NCBI GenBank assembly: GCA_965225855.1
Contig: CBDDCK010000005.1
Location: 1,440,001 to 1,504,000, forward strand
DNA: 64,000 nt
Direction of reading: 5' to 3'
From: Spirochaetia bacterium
GTDB taxonomy: Bacteria; Spirochaetota; Spirochaetia; SP-2023
Shown: one piece after another, positions 52,320-61,939 of the stretch
Position numbering within the stretch: position 1 is the stretch's first letter
Layout: each line of letters opens with the position of its first letter
Position numbers and translations under genes: made by a program
Notes under the pieces: generated by a model
The model's database searches: none
The model's input: only the letters and a program-made list of their open reading frames with translations
Told to the model about the DNA's origin: nothing

Positions 52320-54248
52320 CTAAAAGCTCTCAATAACCAACATAGAATAGGGCGCAAATATAGTTTGAATTGAGCTGCCTGTCAACAAATTGGTTTGGCC
52401 GTGATAGCTGGCTGGCAGCACAATACTTTGCTCTCCTCGGTTGAATAAGAACAAACAACTTTCCTTTGCCCTATCTTGGCTATCATCATCTTCTGGGTGG
52501 AAACGCTCAAAAGCCAGAATATCCCGATGTTCTAATTCCAGCCAGCGCAAACTGCCATATCGCAGCACAGAATGGCTTTTGCGCAGTGCAATCAATGTTT
52601 GGACATGCTGCAGAATATCAAAGTTCCATTGATTGCGTTGCCAAGGCATACAACGGCGGCAGTCCGGGTCGCCCGCACCATCTAGGCCCAGCTCCGTACC
52701 GTAGTAAATAACGGGCACACCGACATAGCTTAGCATCATACCGAGGAGCAATTTCACCATTGCCACATCGCCGTAACAACGGTGGAACAAACGGGCGGTA
52801 TCGTGGGAATCCAGCATATTCCATTGCACTTGATTGACTTGCGGACTATAGCGCAACAACAGTTTATTAAACAATCCACGCGCCTGCTGCGAAGTAATAC
52901 TCTGATTGAGGAAGAAGTCAAAGCTAATATTCTGAAAGGGATAGTTCATCACACAGTCAAATTGATCGCCTTGTAACCAAGGGCGTGAATCATGAAATAT
53001 TTCGCCAACTATTAAAGCATCATTTTTTACCGCACGAACGCGCTGGCGAAACTCACGCCAAAAATGGTGATCGACTTCATTGGCTACATCTAGCCGCCAA
53101 CCATCAATATCATACTCTCGGACCCAATATTCTGCTACGTCCAAAAGATACTCCCTAAGCTTTGGATTTTCCGTATTGAGTTTGGGCATCATCGGGGTAA
53201 AAGCAAAAGTCTCGTAAGGCAGAGTCGTCCAACCATCGGCATCGATTCCCATAGCCCAAACCTCCACTTCTTCATTACAGGTTAAAGCAGCCAGAGAGTT
53301 TGTGTTTTTTTGCTTGAGAGCTTCCCGTTGTTCCGAGGCTTTCGTTTCTAAACTAGCCCATAGTTGATCGGCACTAGCCACGGGATAACGCAAAATATGA
53401 AACCAATCTTTATAGCGGGAGTTCTCACCATTTTTCTGTACATCTATAAAGGGCTCAAACCCAGGCCCACAATGGTTGAATACCGCATCGAGTATTACTC
53501 GGATTCCCAAACTATGGCACTGCGCTACCAACTGACGAAAGTCTTCATTGCTGCCAAAGTCTGGGTCAATTTGTTTGTAGTCTATAGTATCGTATTTGTG
53601 ATTGCTATGCGCTTGGAAAATGGGAGTCATATATAACAGGTTTATACCTAGTTCCTGTAAATAAGGTAATTTTTCAATGATACCTTGCAAGTTACCGCCA
53701 ATACGTATTTTACCGGTTGGTTTGCTGCCCCAAAGCGGTAGAGTTTGTTCCAGTTCAGCACTTGAATAGCTGCGGCCAAAACGGTCGGGAAATATCTCAT
53801 AAACGACTGCCCCTTTGGCCCATTCAGGCACTTCGTGAATATCTATGGCATTAAAATAAGGAAACTGAAAGGCATAATTCCATATTGTGCCATTGGCTTG
53901 TAGGGTGGCTAATTCACTTAGGCCAATTTCGGTATAACTATAGACTGTAGAGTTTTCCTGCGGGCTTGCCATGGCTTGTAGTTTAAAATAATAGGCAAAG
54001 CGTTTGACTGGTATATCGCAGAGTGTGATTTGATAATAATCAAATTCCTTGTCGCGAAGTATTGGTTGCATTATTCGTTCTGGATATTGAATTTTACTAG
54101 CCCCATATCGAGGGAACGAAACCAAGATAACTTCTTTTAAGTTATTGGCCTTACAGCGCAGCGTAAGCTGCAATGTATTTTGGTTTAACAGGGCACACCA
54201 AGCACTCTTTGGCTGATGGAATAAAGCAGCTTCATCAATGTGTTTCAT
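52320..54248 (-). CDS. GH13 neopullulanase/cyclomaltodextrinase
   Basis: YEIFPDRF, SNHKYDT, LDAVFNH, DGWRLDVANEV, GEIFH, LDSHDT, DPDCRRCM. Confidence 0.95.
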   Translation of the reverse strand: MKHIDEAALFHQPKSAWCALLNQNTLQLTLRCKANNLKEVILVSFPRYGASKIQYPERIMQPILRDKEFDYYQITLCDIPVKRFAYYFKLQAMASPQENSTVYSYTEIGLSELATLQANGTIWNYAFQFPYFNAIDIHEVPEWAKGAVVYEIFPDRFGRSYSSAELEQTLPLWGSKPTGKIRIGGNLQGIIEKLPYLQELGINLLYMTPIFQAHSNHKYDTIDYKQIDPDFGSNEDFRQLVAQCHSLGIRVILDAVFNHCGPGFEPFIDVQKNGENSRYKDWFHILRYPVASADQLWASLETKASEQREALKQKNTNSLAALTCNEEVEVWAMGIDADGWTTLPYETFAFTPMMPKLNTENPKLREYLLDVAEYWVREYDIDGWRLDVANEVDHHFWREFRQRVRAVKNDALIVGEIFHDSRPWLQGDQFDCVMNYPFQNISFDFFLNQSITSQQARGLFNKLLLRYSPQVNQVQWNMLDSHDTARLFHRCYGDVAMVKLLLGMMLSYVGVPVIYYGTELGLDGAGDPDCRRCMPWQRNQWNFDILQHVQTLIALRKSHSVLRYGSLRWLELEHRDILAFERFHPEDDDSQDRAKESCLFLFNRGEQSIVLPASYHGQTNLLTGSSIQTIFAPYSMLVIESF

Positions 54249-54380
54249 AGTATTCTATCTCCTATTTAAACCAATGGCCATAATAATAGCAATATTGTTT
54301 GCACAATTCAATAGCCATACCCTTTACCCCATAAATAACCATGATAGTTGCTAAAATCAACAAAGCAATCTTTCGATAGC

Positions 54381-54529
54381 ACTTGTTGCAACCGATAACA
54401 AATGCTTGTTCCAACCGATAACAAGAACTTGTTCCAACCGATAACAAGAACTTGTTCCAACCGATAACAAGAACTTGTTCCAACCGATAACAAGAACTTG
54501 TTCCAACCGATAACAAGAACTTGTTCCAA
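54381..54529. repeat. Tandem array of about 6.5 units of 23 bp
   Basis: Unit ACTTGTTCCAACCGATAACAAGA starting at 54381, 54404, 54427, 54450, 54473, 54496 and 54519; unit junctions form the palindrome AACAAG-AA-CTTGTT. Confidence 0.95.
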
Positions 54530-54705
54530 TAAATTTTTATAGAGAAACAATATATATATTTTATTATCCATAAAATTATAAAATATAATCTATCCCATTT
54601 TCTATCTATGCTCTTTTTAGTTACAATGCGCACAATATAGCTTAGCCATTGCCTAGCTATGGCCTTAGCTATGGCTAAGCTATACCCAATAAATGTGAGT
54701 GCACT

Positions 54706-55260
54706 ATGATTCAAGATATACTAATTATTCATCATTCCCATACAGATATAGGCTACACCGAGCTGCAAGAGAAGATTATCCAAAAGCATGTTTACTACAT
54801 ACGCCATTTGCTGCAAGAGTTTCAAAACACAATATCAGAACAAGGTAGTTCTACTTTTAAGTGGAATAGTGAGACTTACTTCTGCGTGGAACAGTTTCTA
54901 CAACAAGCCAGCCCAACAGAACAACAACTGTTCTATGACTTAATCAAAAACAACAATATTGGCATTTCTGCCAACTACCTAAACTTTACCGACCTAGTCG
55001 ATTCCCTTGTATTGCACGAACGAATATGCGCAAGATGAAATAGCCCAAGAACTATGCCAAAAGTGGCAACGAGAAAGTGAAAATAATCTATTACTTTTTG
55101 CCGAATATACCTGTGGGCATTCTGCCAGTATAACAGACCCTTACGATGATATGGTCAACACCTTAGATATAAGGAACATTTCCTACGCTTCTAAGGCCTA
55201 TGAAGCTGCGGCCTGCTGGTTGCAACAGCCACAGGAAATTATTCCCGTGGCTGTTTTGCC
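54706..55260 (+). pseudogene. GH38-like glycoside hydrolase relic (internal deletion/frameshift, 3' end replaced by cassette copy 3)
   Basis: HHSHTDIGYT...FKWNSET...YLNFTDL, then a jump to LLLFAEYTCGHSASITDP...SYASKA in another frame, then cassette-type sequence. Confidence 0.7.
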
Positions 55261-55436
55261 TACAACACTAAACAACACTAACACACAAAAAAAGTGCCAA
55301 CACACACAAAAACATAAAAAAACTTGTAAAAAAGCTTATATGGGCCTTGACGCAACACCCCCCCTAGCAAAATGGGGATTTACAGACTAGCCCGTATGGG
55401 TTGGCTAATCTCAATCCCTTTTTGGAGGTATTGCTT

Positions 55437-57509
55437 ATGTATAAGCTCAAACTATTTTTATTGCCTGTAGCCTGGCTACTGGCCTTTATGGCCTTGGCCT
55501 GCGCCCCACCCGATGACGATGATGCATCTTCTGGGCCGACTTCTGGGCCTGCAATCACCAGTGCAAGCTACGATGTTGACACGGCTCTGCTAACTGTACA
55601 AGGTACTGACTTAGGTAGTGCGCAACAAGCGCAAATCCAAACTATCAGGGTAGCTGGCCTAGCCTTAAATTCTTATACTGCCACAGCCACTGGGGTAAAT
55701 AGTAACGGTCTTAAACAAGGTCAGTACCGTATTGCAAACGATGGCACTGCGATTTGGCTTAGACTTAAAGATGAACATAAAGATACTCTTAAAGCTACTC
55801 TGAATGGCAAACCCGATATGGCTAACGATGGTCTAAAAAAAGGCTTGCTTAGCGTTAGCTCTGGTAGTTGGGCGGGTTTAGATACAGCCAAAGACTTAAC
55901 CGTTAGGAATATACCCGGTAAGCAGTCTAAGACCGAAACTGAAGATAAGCAGTCTAAGACCGAAGTCGAAGAAGCTGAACAAGTCAAAGAAACTGAAGAA
56001 GCCGAACAAACCGAACAAGACCAACAAGCTGAAGAGGAGTCGCCTAAAGCTGCAATTACCCGTGCCATCTACGATGTTGGCACGGCTATCTTAACTGTAC
56101 AAGGTACTCACTTAAGTAGTGCGACCCAAGCGCAAATCCAAACCATCAAAGTATATGACCTAGTCTTAAGTTCCTATATTGCAGATGGCACAGCCACTGG
56201 GCCAGATAGTCGCAGTCTTACAAAAGGTAAGTACCGTATGAAAAGCGATGGCACAGCGCTTTGGCTGAAACTTACCGATCGACATAAAGCTGCTCTTGAG
56301 GCCAAGACAGGTATGAATAAGGATGGTCTAAAAAAAGGGTTGCTTAGCGTTAGCTCTGGTGCTTGGGCGGGTTTAAATACAGCCAAAGACTTGGAAGTTA
56401 GTGGAAACCCCGAAGCTGCAATTACCAGTGCAACCTACCATGTTGGCACGGCTCTGCTAACTTTACAAGGTTCTAACTTAAGTCCTACAACTGCGACCCA
56501 AGCGCAAATCCAAACTATCACGGTAGATGGCTTAGCCTTAAGTTCCTATATTGCAGATGACACAGCCACTGGGTCAGATAGTCGTGGTCTTGCAAAAGGT
56601 AAGTACCGTATTAAAAGAGATGGCACAGCGCTTTGGCTTTACCTTACCGATCAACATAAAACTACTCTTCAGGGCAAGCCCGGTATGAATAAGGATGGTA
56701 GAAAAGTCGGGTTGCTTAGCGTTGGCACTGGTATTTGGGCGGGTTTAAATACAGCCAAAGCCTTGGCTGTTAGTGGAAACCCTGCAATTACCAGTGCAAC
56801 CTACCATGTTGTTACAGACTTGTTAGTGATTACAGGTACTAATTTACCGTCAACAGTGGATGGCTGGGACTTTAGCAAATTGAGGTTTGTATCCGGTGGT
56901 GGTCTTGAGAGTCAACCATTAAAAAAGCACTCAACTACAGGTGCACACAGAGCCACAGGTTCTGCAGCAAGTGGCACATTCTTAGCGATTATTTTAAAGG
57001 GTTATGAAATACTGAAAGTCCGTAATACATTGCTTCTGAATGGTCTTGGTGATGATGATGGTGCATACAATCTGGAAGCAGCAGCAGGATTTGTAATTGG
57101 TAGTAGCGCAGCAGACACAAGTAACCCTATTACCGTTAGTGGCTACATAAGCTCTATCAGCTCCGTACGCTACTATCCTAATAAAAGCGAGCTAAGGATT
57201 TACGGTAGCAAGTTACCGAAAACAGTTGCAGACTGGGACTTTAGCAAATTGACGCTTGTATCCGGTGATGGTAATAAGAGATACTCATTACCTAAGCACG
57301 CAACAGGTGCTGCAAACACAGCCACAGGTTCTAAGGCAAGTAGAAGCGGCTTAAAGATTACTTTAAGCGGTAGTGTAAAAGCGGAAGTCGAGAAGATACT
57401 GGTTAAGGTTGGTCTTCGTGATAATAATGGTGAATACAACCTGGAAGCAGCAGCAGGATTTGTAACGGATAATCCAGAAGACCCAATCACTAGTGTATTC
57501 AAGCACTAG
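55437..57509 (+). CDS. Modular repeat surface lipoprotein, variant 3 (A-linker-A-A-B-B)
   Basis: Paralog with the same RBS and lipobox; three A and two B repeats; the stop lies in a 16-bp tandem duplication (57488-57519). Confidence 0.9.
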   Translation: MYKLKLFLLPVAWLLAFMALACAPPDDDDASSGPTSGPAITSASYDVDTALLTVQGTDLGSAQQAQIQTIRVAGLALNSYTATATGVNSNGLKQGQYRIANDGTAIWLRLKDEHKDTLKATLNGKPDMANDGLKKGLLSVSSGSWAGLDTAKDLTVRNIPGKQSKTETEDKQSKTEVEEAEQVKETEEAEQTEQDQQAEEESPKAAITRAIYDVGTAILTVQGTHLSSATQAQIQTIKVYDLVLSSYIADGTATGPDSRSLTKGKYRMKSDGTALWLKLTDRHKAALEAKTGMNKDGLKKGLLSVSSGAWAGLNTAKDLEVSGNPEAAITSATYHVGTALLTLQGSNLSPTTATQAQIQTITVDGLALSSYIADDTATGSDSRGLAKGKYRIKRDGTALWLYLTDQHKTTLQGKPGMNKDGRKVGLLSVGTGIWAGLNTAKALAVSGNPAITSATYHVVTDLLVITGTNLPSTVDGWDFSKLRFVSGGGLESQPLKKHSTTGAHRATGSAASGTFLAIILKGYEILKVRNTLLLNGLGDDDGAYNLEAAAGFVIGSSAADTSNPITVSGYISSISSVRYYPNKSELRIYGSKLPKTVADWDFSKLTLVSGDGNKRYSLPKHATGAANTATGSKASRSGLKITLSGSVKAEVEKILVKVGLRDNNGEYNLEAAAGFVTDNPEDPITSVFKH

Positions 57510-57660
57510 TGTATTCAAGTTTTAAATTAAAGTAGGATTTGGTTGTTGTAAGCAATGCTTGCATTGGCCAATTGCAGCCTTGGTAAGTTTTTTTATCAAG
57601 GCTGCTTTTACCAAGTTATAGCCTTGGTATAAAGTATTGTTCCGCATTGGTGCAATACAT

Positions 57661-57700
57661 CTTTCCGCCTTGGATCAAGGCCTTGATCCAAGGCGGAAAG
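57661..57700. repeat. Perfect 40-bp palindrome in the cassette right arm
   Basis: CTTTCCGCCTTGGATCAAGG/CCTTGATCCAAGGCGGAAAG. Confidence 0.9.
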
Positions 57701-57820
57701 CTATATCATAGCAAGGCTAGAAAAATTTATTAAGGCTGCTTTTGCCAATTATAGCCTTGGTAAGTAGAAAAAAATCGAGTTATCACGTCCGATGGCACAA
57801 AGTTATCACGTCCTGCATCA

Positions 57821-58013
57821 TATAGGATATGGTGGCCAAGCTAGAATATTAAGTGTGTTAAGCAAAATTAGTAAATACTGTTTTATTGATCTGCCCGATG
57901 TTCTCCGACTAGCAGAGAAGTATTTGTCTCATTTTCATATGGATATGGACTGTTGTTATAAAACCCTAAACTATGTAAAAGATATCTCTCAGTTCCAGGC
58001 AGTATTTATATAA
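57821..58013 (+). pseudogene. Fragment of a putative sugar O-methyltransferase truncated by the cassette end
   Basis: IGYGGQARILSVL...YCFIDLPDVLRLAEKYL resembles the GxGYGGQ...IDLP.V motifs of that family; it begins exactly at the cassette terminus. Confidence 0.55.
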
Positions 58014-58032
58014 TTATTTTTACATCTAAATA

Positions 58033-59934
58033 TTATCTAACCCCCTGATTATTACAACCCGTACGCACATAGGCTTTTATTACAGCTAGTTGCTGCCCAC
58101 TATGTACTTCATTAGCTGGCTCCAGAATATAGCCTCCCACGGCTGCAGGAACAATAAACGTCTCAGCGTAATGGACTTCAAAAGGCTCAAAGGCATCATA
58201 TGGGCTTTTCACCCAAGCCGCTTCGCCTTCTACCAGATTTAAAACGTGCACACTGCCTCGTTCTGCGCCACCAGTATCATGCTGCGTAGGGCAATCAAAC
58301 CAATAACGCCGAGTCTCAATAAACTCCAGTGCATGTAGGCCTGTGCGCTCCGCTTGCTTGGCTCCACAAAGGTCTGCGCCTGAAAGTTGTTCAAAACAAT
58401 TCACAAGATTTTTTTCTACCCACTTAGCCTTCCTGCACCAATCAATATTCTTGCTGCCATGCTCTAAGTGAATAGGGCGTGGGCTACCGTCTAAGTCCAT
58501 GCGATTCCAGTCCCAAAGCTTAAACGTAAAAATATACGGAGTCGCACTAATTTCTAAAACTATAGAATCTGCACCCGAACAATGCGGGGTTCCTGCGGGA
58601 ATTAAAAAGTGATCGTGCTTCCTAGCTGGCAATGTATTTATATATTTTTCTGCTGGAAACAGCTTAATCGCATCCGCTTGTGCCTGACGCAAATCCTTTA
58701 GCATGGCTTCTGGTATAACACCTTCTTGCAAACCCAGATACACGTGAGTTGCTTTATCGGCTTCTGTATCTAAAATATAATAGCTCTCATCTTGCGTGTA
58801 ATGCATACCAAACTGTTGCTGAATATATTCGGTTTTTGGATGCACCTGAAGGCTCAAATTCTGTCCGCCCATAGTATCAAGAAAATCAAAACGTATCGGA
58901 AACTCTCTACCAAACCGAGCATAAACAGGGCCTCCCAAAAAGATTTCTGCCTGACAAAATACCAAGTCCGTAGCTGGGAACTCCAGTATTGTTTGTCCGT
59001 ATTGCATTTGCAAACTATTCTCTTCGGGCACACAGTCAAAACCCCAAGCATAATTAGTAGGCTCTTCACGCTGAGCTGTATTGCGGCGATAGTTTTGCAG
59101 TCCGCAAACCTCACGCATCCATTGCCCTCCCCACACCCCTGGGTCAAAAAACGGCACCAAACGAACAGGTTGCTGGGCAGCTTGCTGTAAACCAACAAAG
59201 AAGCTGGCTGCATCTATCATCTTAGGTTCTTGTTCGGTAGCTAAAGGCGCACGCGCGCTGCAATCAATTACCCAATTCCAACGTTGATACGCCGCCTGTT
59301 TATGCCTGTCCAAAACCCGCCAATCGACAAAATAACTATGTTTATATTGCTCTCTGGGTGAAGTATCTAAACTTTCTCCCACATTTTTTACACCCAAATT
59401 ACACAGCAAACCTTGGTGCTGGCGTTGCTGGATTTCCCAGCGAGGTACACTCAAGTGAGCCACAGTATCTTTAGATTCCGCAAAGCAAGCAGCCCCTGCC
59501 CCTAAAAGCACAGCCTCTTGCTTGGAATCACGCAGTTTTTGTAGCTGTTTTTTTAGTTGATCACTGCGCTCAGGGCAAAAATAATCTTGTATTTGCAAAC
59601 GCGTTATATAACCAAAAACAGCATCATCGCCTAGATATGGCTCTACGAGTTGGCCAATATAAGCCGCATCGCGAAACGCTTGCTCGGTGTGTAGTACGGC
59701 AACTTGGGGGGCGTAACTTTGTAAACTTGCGAGCACATTATCTTCTAAGACCCCCTGATAGCAGTCAAGAAATAATAGGCCCGAGGCTGGCTCTGTTTTC
59801 GCAAAGTCCTCATCTCGCAGCGTACCCCAAAGCCTCTTCCAAATCTCTAGCCAACCGTTGTATACCGTAAAATCCCCAGAAAGAACAACTTTGGGTTCTA
59901 AATCATAATTTCTATAACCTTTATAACGTGACAT
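58033..59934 (-). CDS. Class I mannose-6-phosphate isomerase-like cupin protein with N-terminal extension
   Basis: PFFDPGVWGGQWM, FDFLDTMGGQNLSLQVHP, QDESYY, IPAGTPHCSG, VLEISAT; likely start ATG 59934. Confidence 0.85.
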   Translation of the reverse strand: MSRYKGYRNYDLEPKVVLSGDFTVYNGWLEIWKRLWGTLRDEDFAKTEPASGLLFLDCYQGVLEDNVLASLQSYAPQVAVLHTEQAFRDAAYIGQLVEPYLGDDAVFGYITRLQIQDYFCPERSDQLKKQLQKLRDSKQEAVLLGAGAACFAESKDTVAHLSVPRWEIQQRQHQGLLCNLGVKNVGESLDTSPREQYKHSYFVDWRVLDRHKQAAYQRWNWVIDCSARAPLATEQEPKMIDAASFFVGLQQAAQQPVRLVPFFDPGVWGGQWMREVCGLQNYRRNTAQREEPTNYAWGFDCVPEENSLQMQYGQTILEFPATDLVFCQAEIFLGGPVYARFGREFPIRFDFLDTMGGQNLSLQVHPKTEYIQQQFGMHYTQDESYYILDTEADKATHVYLGLQEGVIPEAMLKDLRQAQADAIKLFPAEKYINTLPARKHDHFLIPAGTPHCSGADSIVLEISATPYIFTFKLWDWNRMDLDGSPRPIHLEHGSKNIDWCRKAKWVEKNLVNCFEQLSGADLCGAKQAERTGLHALEFIETRRYWFDCPTQHDTGGAERGSVHVLNLVEGEAAWVKSPYDAFEPFEVHYAETFIVPAAVGGYILEPANEVHSGQQLAVIKAYVRTGCNNQGVR

Positions 59935-60946
59935 TTTCTTCACCGTGCATGAGTAAATATAATCCCCCATAGAGTCCTGCTTCGTTGGCAAATCCTTGTT
60001 TCAAGAGGACTTTTGTACTAGCAGGCCAACTCTGTTGCCAAGTAGATTTTCTGGCATATAAATCGCAGTATTCTTGTAACCTATCCAAAATATGCAAACC
60101 ATTATCCTGCATAACTCCCCCACTGAGAACAATACATTCTGGATCATAAGCAAAAATATAATTCACTAAAGCCGCCCCCCAAATGTGAAACAAATGTTCT
60201 TCCACAACTTTAAATTCTTTGTTACCTGCTTGTGATTTCGCAAAGATTTCTGAAAATGTGCCTACCTTTTGGAGCTTCTCCAATTTTAAAGAATTCAAAG
60301 AATCTAAAGAGGCTAAAGGATTTAAAGAAGACTGCCCAATCAATTTTTCCTGTATTGCAGCAAGTGCTGAAGTGCTAGCCAAAGACTCTGTACAACCAAT
60401 ATTGCCACAGCTGCAACGCCCTGCTGTGACATCAACCGTAAAATGCCCACCAAGGCAACCCGCTAAATCATGAGCTCCTCGCAGCACTTTATCGCCTATG
60501 ACTACCGATGTGCCAATGCCCGTACCAAGTGTCACACAAACCAGATTTTGATAACCACGCCCTGCCCCATACTGCCATTCTCCTATACATGCCAGCCGGG
60601 CATCATTATCTACAATAAAATTATCTGTCCACTGCGCAGACCAACGATAGCAATCCCAGTTTGCAATATTCTCATATTTGCCATTAGAAGGAAATAAAAG
60701 TTTCTGCTTGCAGTCCACCGGCCCGGCGTAAGCTAACGCTAAACCCGCCAATTTTCCACCGCCCTCGCAATGCTCTTGTAGCAAAAAACAAATTTCGTTC
60801 TCCAATGCCGCAAGCCAAATTTCTGTATCGTTACTATCTACAACATTAAAAACCCTTTGGTCTACCAGAGAGTCCTCCAAGAAAAGTCCCACTTTTATAC
60901 TTGATCCACCGAGATCCACTGAAATATAAGACTGGAGTTTTTTCAT
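59921..60946 (-). CDS. ROK family sugar kinase
   Basis: VDLGGSSIK, DNDARLA, TLGTGIG, CSCGNIGCTE. Confidence 0.93.
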   Translation of the reverse strand: MKKLQSYISVDLGGSSIKVGLFLEDSLVDQRVFNVVDSNDTEIWLAALENEICFLLQEHCEGGGKLAGLALAYAGPVDCKQKLLFPSNGKYENIANWDCYRWSAQWTDNFIVDNDARLACIGEWQYGAGRGYQNLVCVTLGTGIGTSVVIGDKVLRGAHDLAGCLGGHFTVDVTAGRCSCGNIGCTESLASTSALAAIQEKLIGQSSLNPLASLDSLNSLKLEKLQKVGTFSEIFAKSQAGNKEFKVVEEHLFHIWGAALVNYIFAYDPECIVLSGGVMQDNGLHILDRLQEYCDLYARKSTWQQSWPASTKVLLKQGFANEAGLYGGLYLLMHGEENVTL

Positions 60947-61108
60947 TTTTCTAAGTTTTACGTGGCTTCGCGTGATTTTGTGCTATACAACCTATATACA
61001 GGACTTAGGGCCCCTTTACAGTTGGCACATCACAGGCTCTCTCGCGTGGCATTCCAAGTGAGCAGCATACTAGGTTCACAGGGGAATTTGATTCTTTATT
61101 ATGACCTG

Positions 61109-61939
61109 CTACTTGCTAGTATAGACAATGCTTTGTTCAAGGTTTTTTTGTAAGTATAAGAATAAAATCACTGAGGGTATACTCACTAAAACACATGAAA
61201 TTAAAACACCCGGAACGCTTTGGGAAATATTTGTTAAGGCTGCAATAGTTGTCATTACCGGTCTTATATCATTTGATTTCGTAAAAGTCATTCCAAAAAG
61301 TAAGTCATTCCAAATCCATGAACACTGAAATAATAATGCCACAGATATTGGCGAAGTCGCCATCGGCATAAACAGTTTATAAAATATACACCAGTTGCTC
61401 GCTCCGTCTATTTTAGCAGACTCTACAATCTCTCTCGAAATTCCGCGAAAATAATTTCTAAACACAAATGTAGCAAATGGAATCACAATGGCAATATATA
61501 CTATCAACATGCCAAGCCGGGTATCGTAAAGTTTTACGGCTGTATACAGTTTGTAAATAGGAATTAAATACATTTGGAACGGCACGATTGTTCCGCTGTA
61601 TATCAATAAAAACCAAAACATTTTGTGCTTAATGCTCAAGTGCGTTAGGCCATAGCCAGCAAGAAGTGAGAAAAAAATGCCAATGCCACCACCAAATGCA
61701 GAGTACAAAATACTACTGGTAAATGGCACAAGAATATCTAATTTTTCTATGGCATAATAGATATTTTCAATGAAATTCATCTTTTGGGGAATCGAGAAAA
61801 AACCATCTAGGGCAAATTCTTCTGGTGCTTTGAATAAATTTAAAACCGCGAAAAGCAAAGGAAATATCCAAAGTATAGATAGACACAATAATATTAGGTT
61901 GATAATTAATTTGCCTATATTCGGTTTACGCCAGTTCAA
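61109..61939 (-). CDS. Carbohydrate ABC permease
   Basis: IVESAKIDGAS, WIWNDLL. Confidence 0.92.
   Translation of the reverse strand: MNWRKPNIGKLIINLILLCLSILWIFPLLFAVLNLFKAPEEFALDGFFSIPQKMNFIENIYYAIEKLDILVPFTSSILYSAFGGGIGIFFSLLAGYGLTHLSIKHKMFWFLLIYSGTIVPFQMYLIPIYKLYTAVKLYDTRLGMLIVYIAIVIPFATFVFRNYFRGISREIVESAKIDGASNWCIFYKLFMPMATSPISVALLFQCSWIWNDLLFGMTFTKSNDIRPVMTTIAALTNISQSVPGVLISCVLVSIPSVILFLYLQKNLEQSIVYTSK

Larger units (their letters stand above)
55260..57820 (+). mobile_element. Non-autonomous cassette copy 3 (left end missing)
   Basis: Right end ...GAGTTATCACGTCCGATGGCACAAAGTTATCACGTCCTGCATCA ends at 57820; homology to copy 2 begins at about 55260; no left TIR found upstream. Confidence 0.8.

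Noticed and set aside
54381..54529. Mini-CRISPR, or CDSs 54262-54714 and 54308-54571
   Set aside because: No spacers; the ORFs only cycle through the three frames of the 23-bp unit.
10267..57509. A complete diversity-generating retroelement
   Set aside because: No reverse transcriptase, Avd or non-coding template repeat in the window, and variation is not strictly adenine-limited; kept only as a testable sub-hypothesis.
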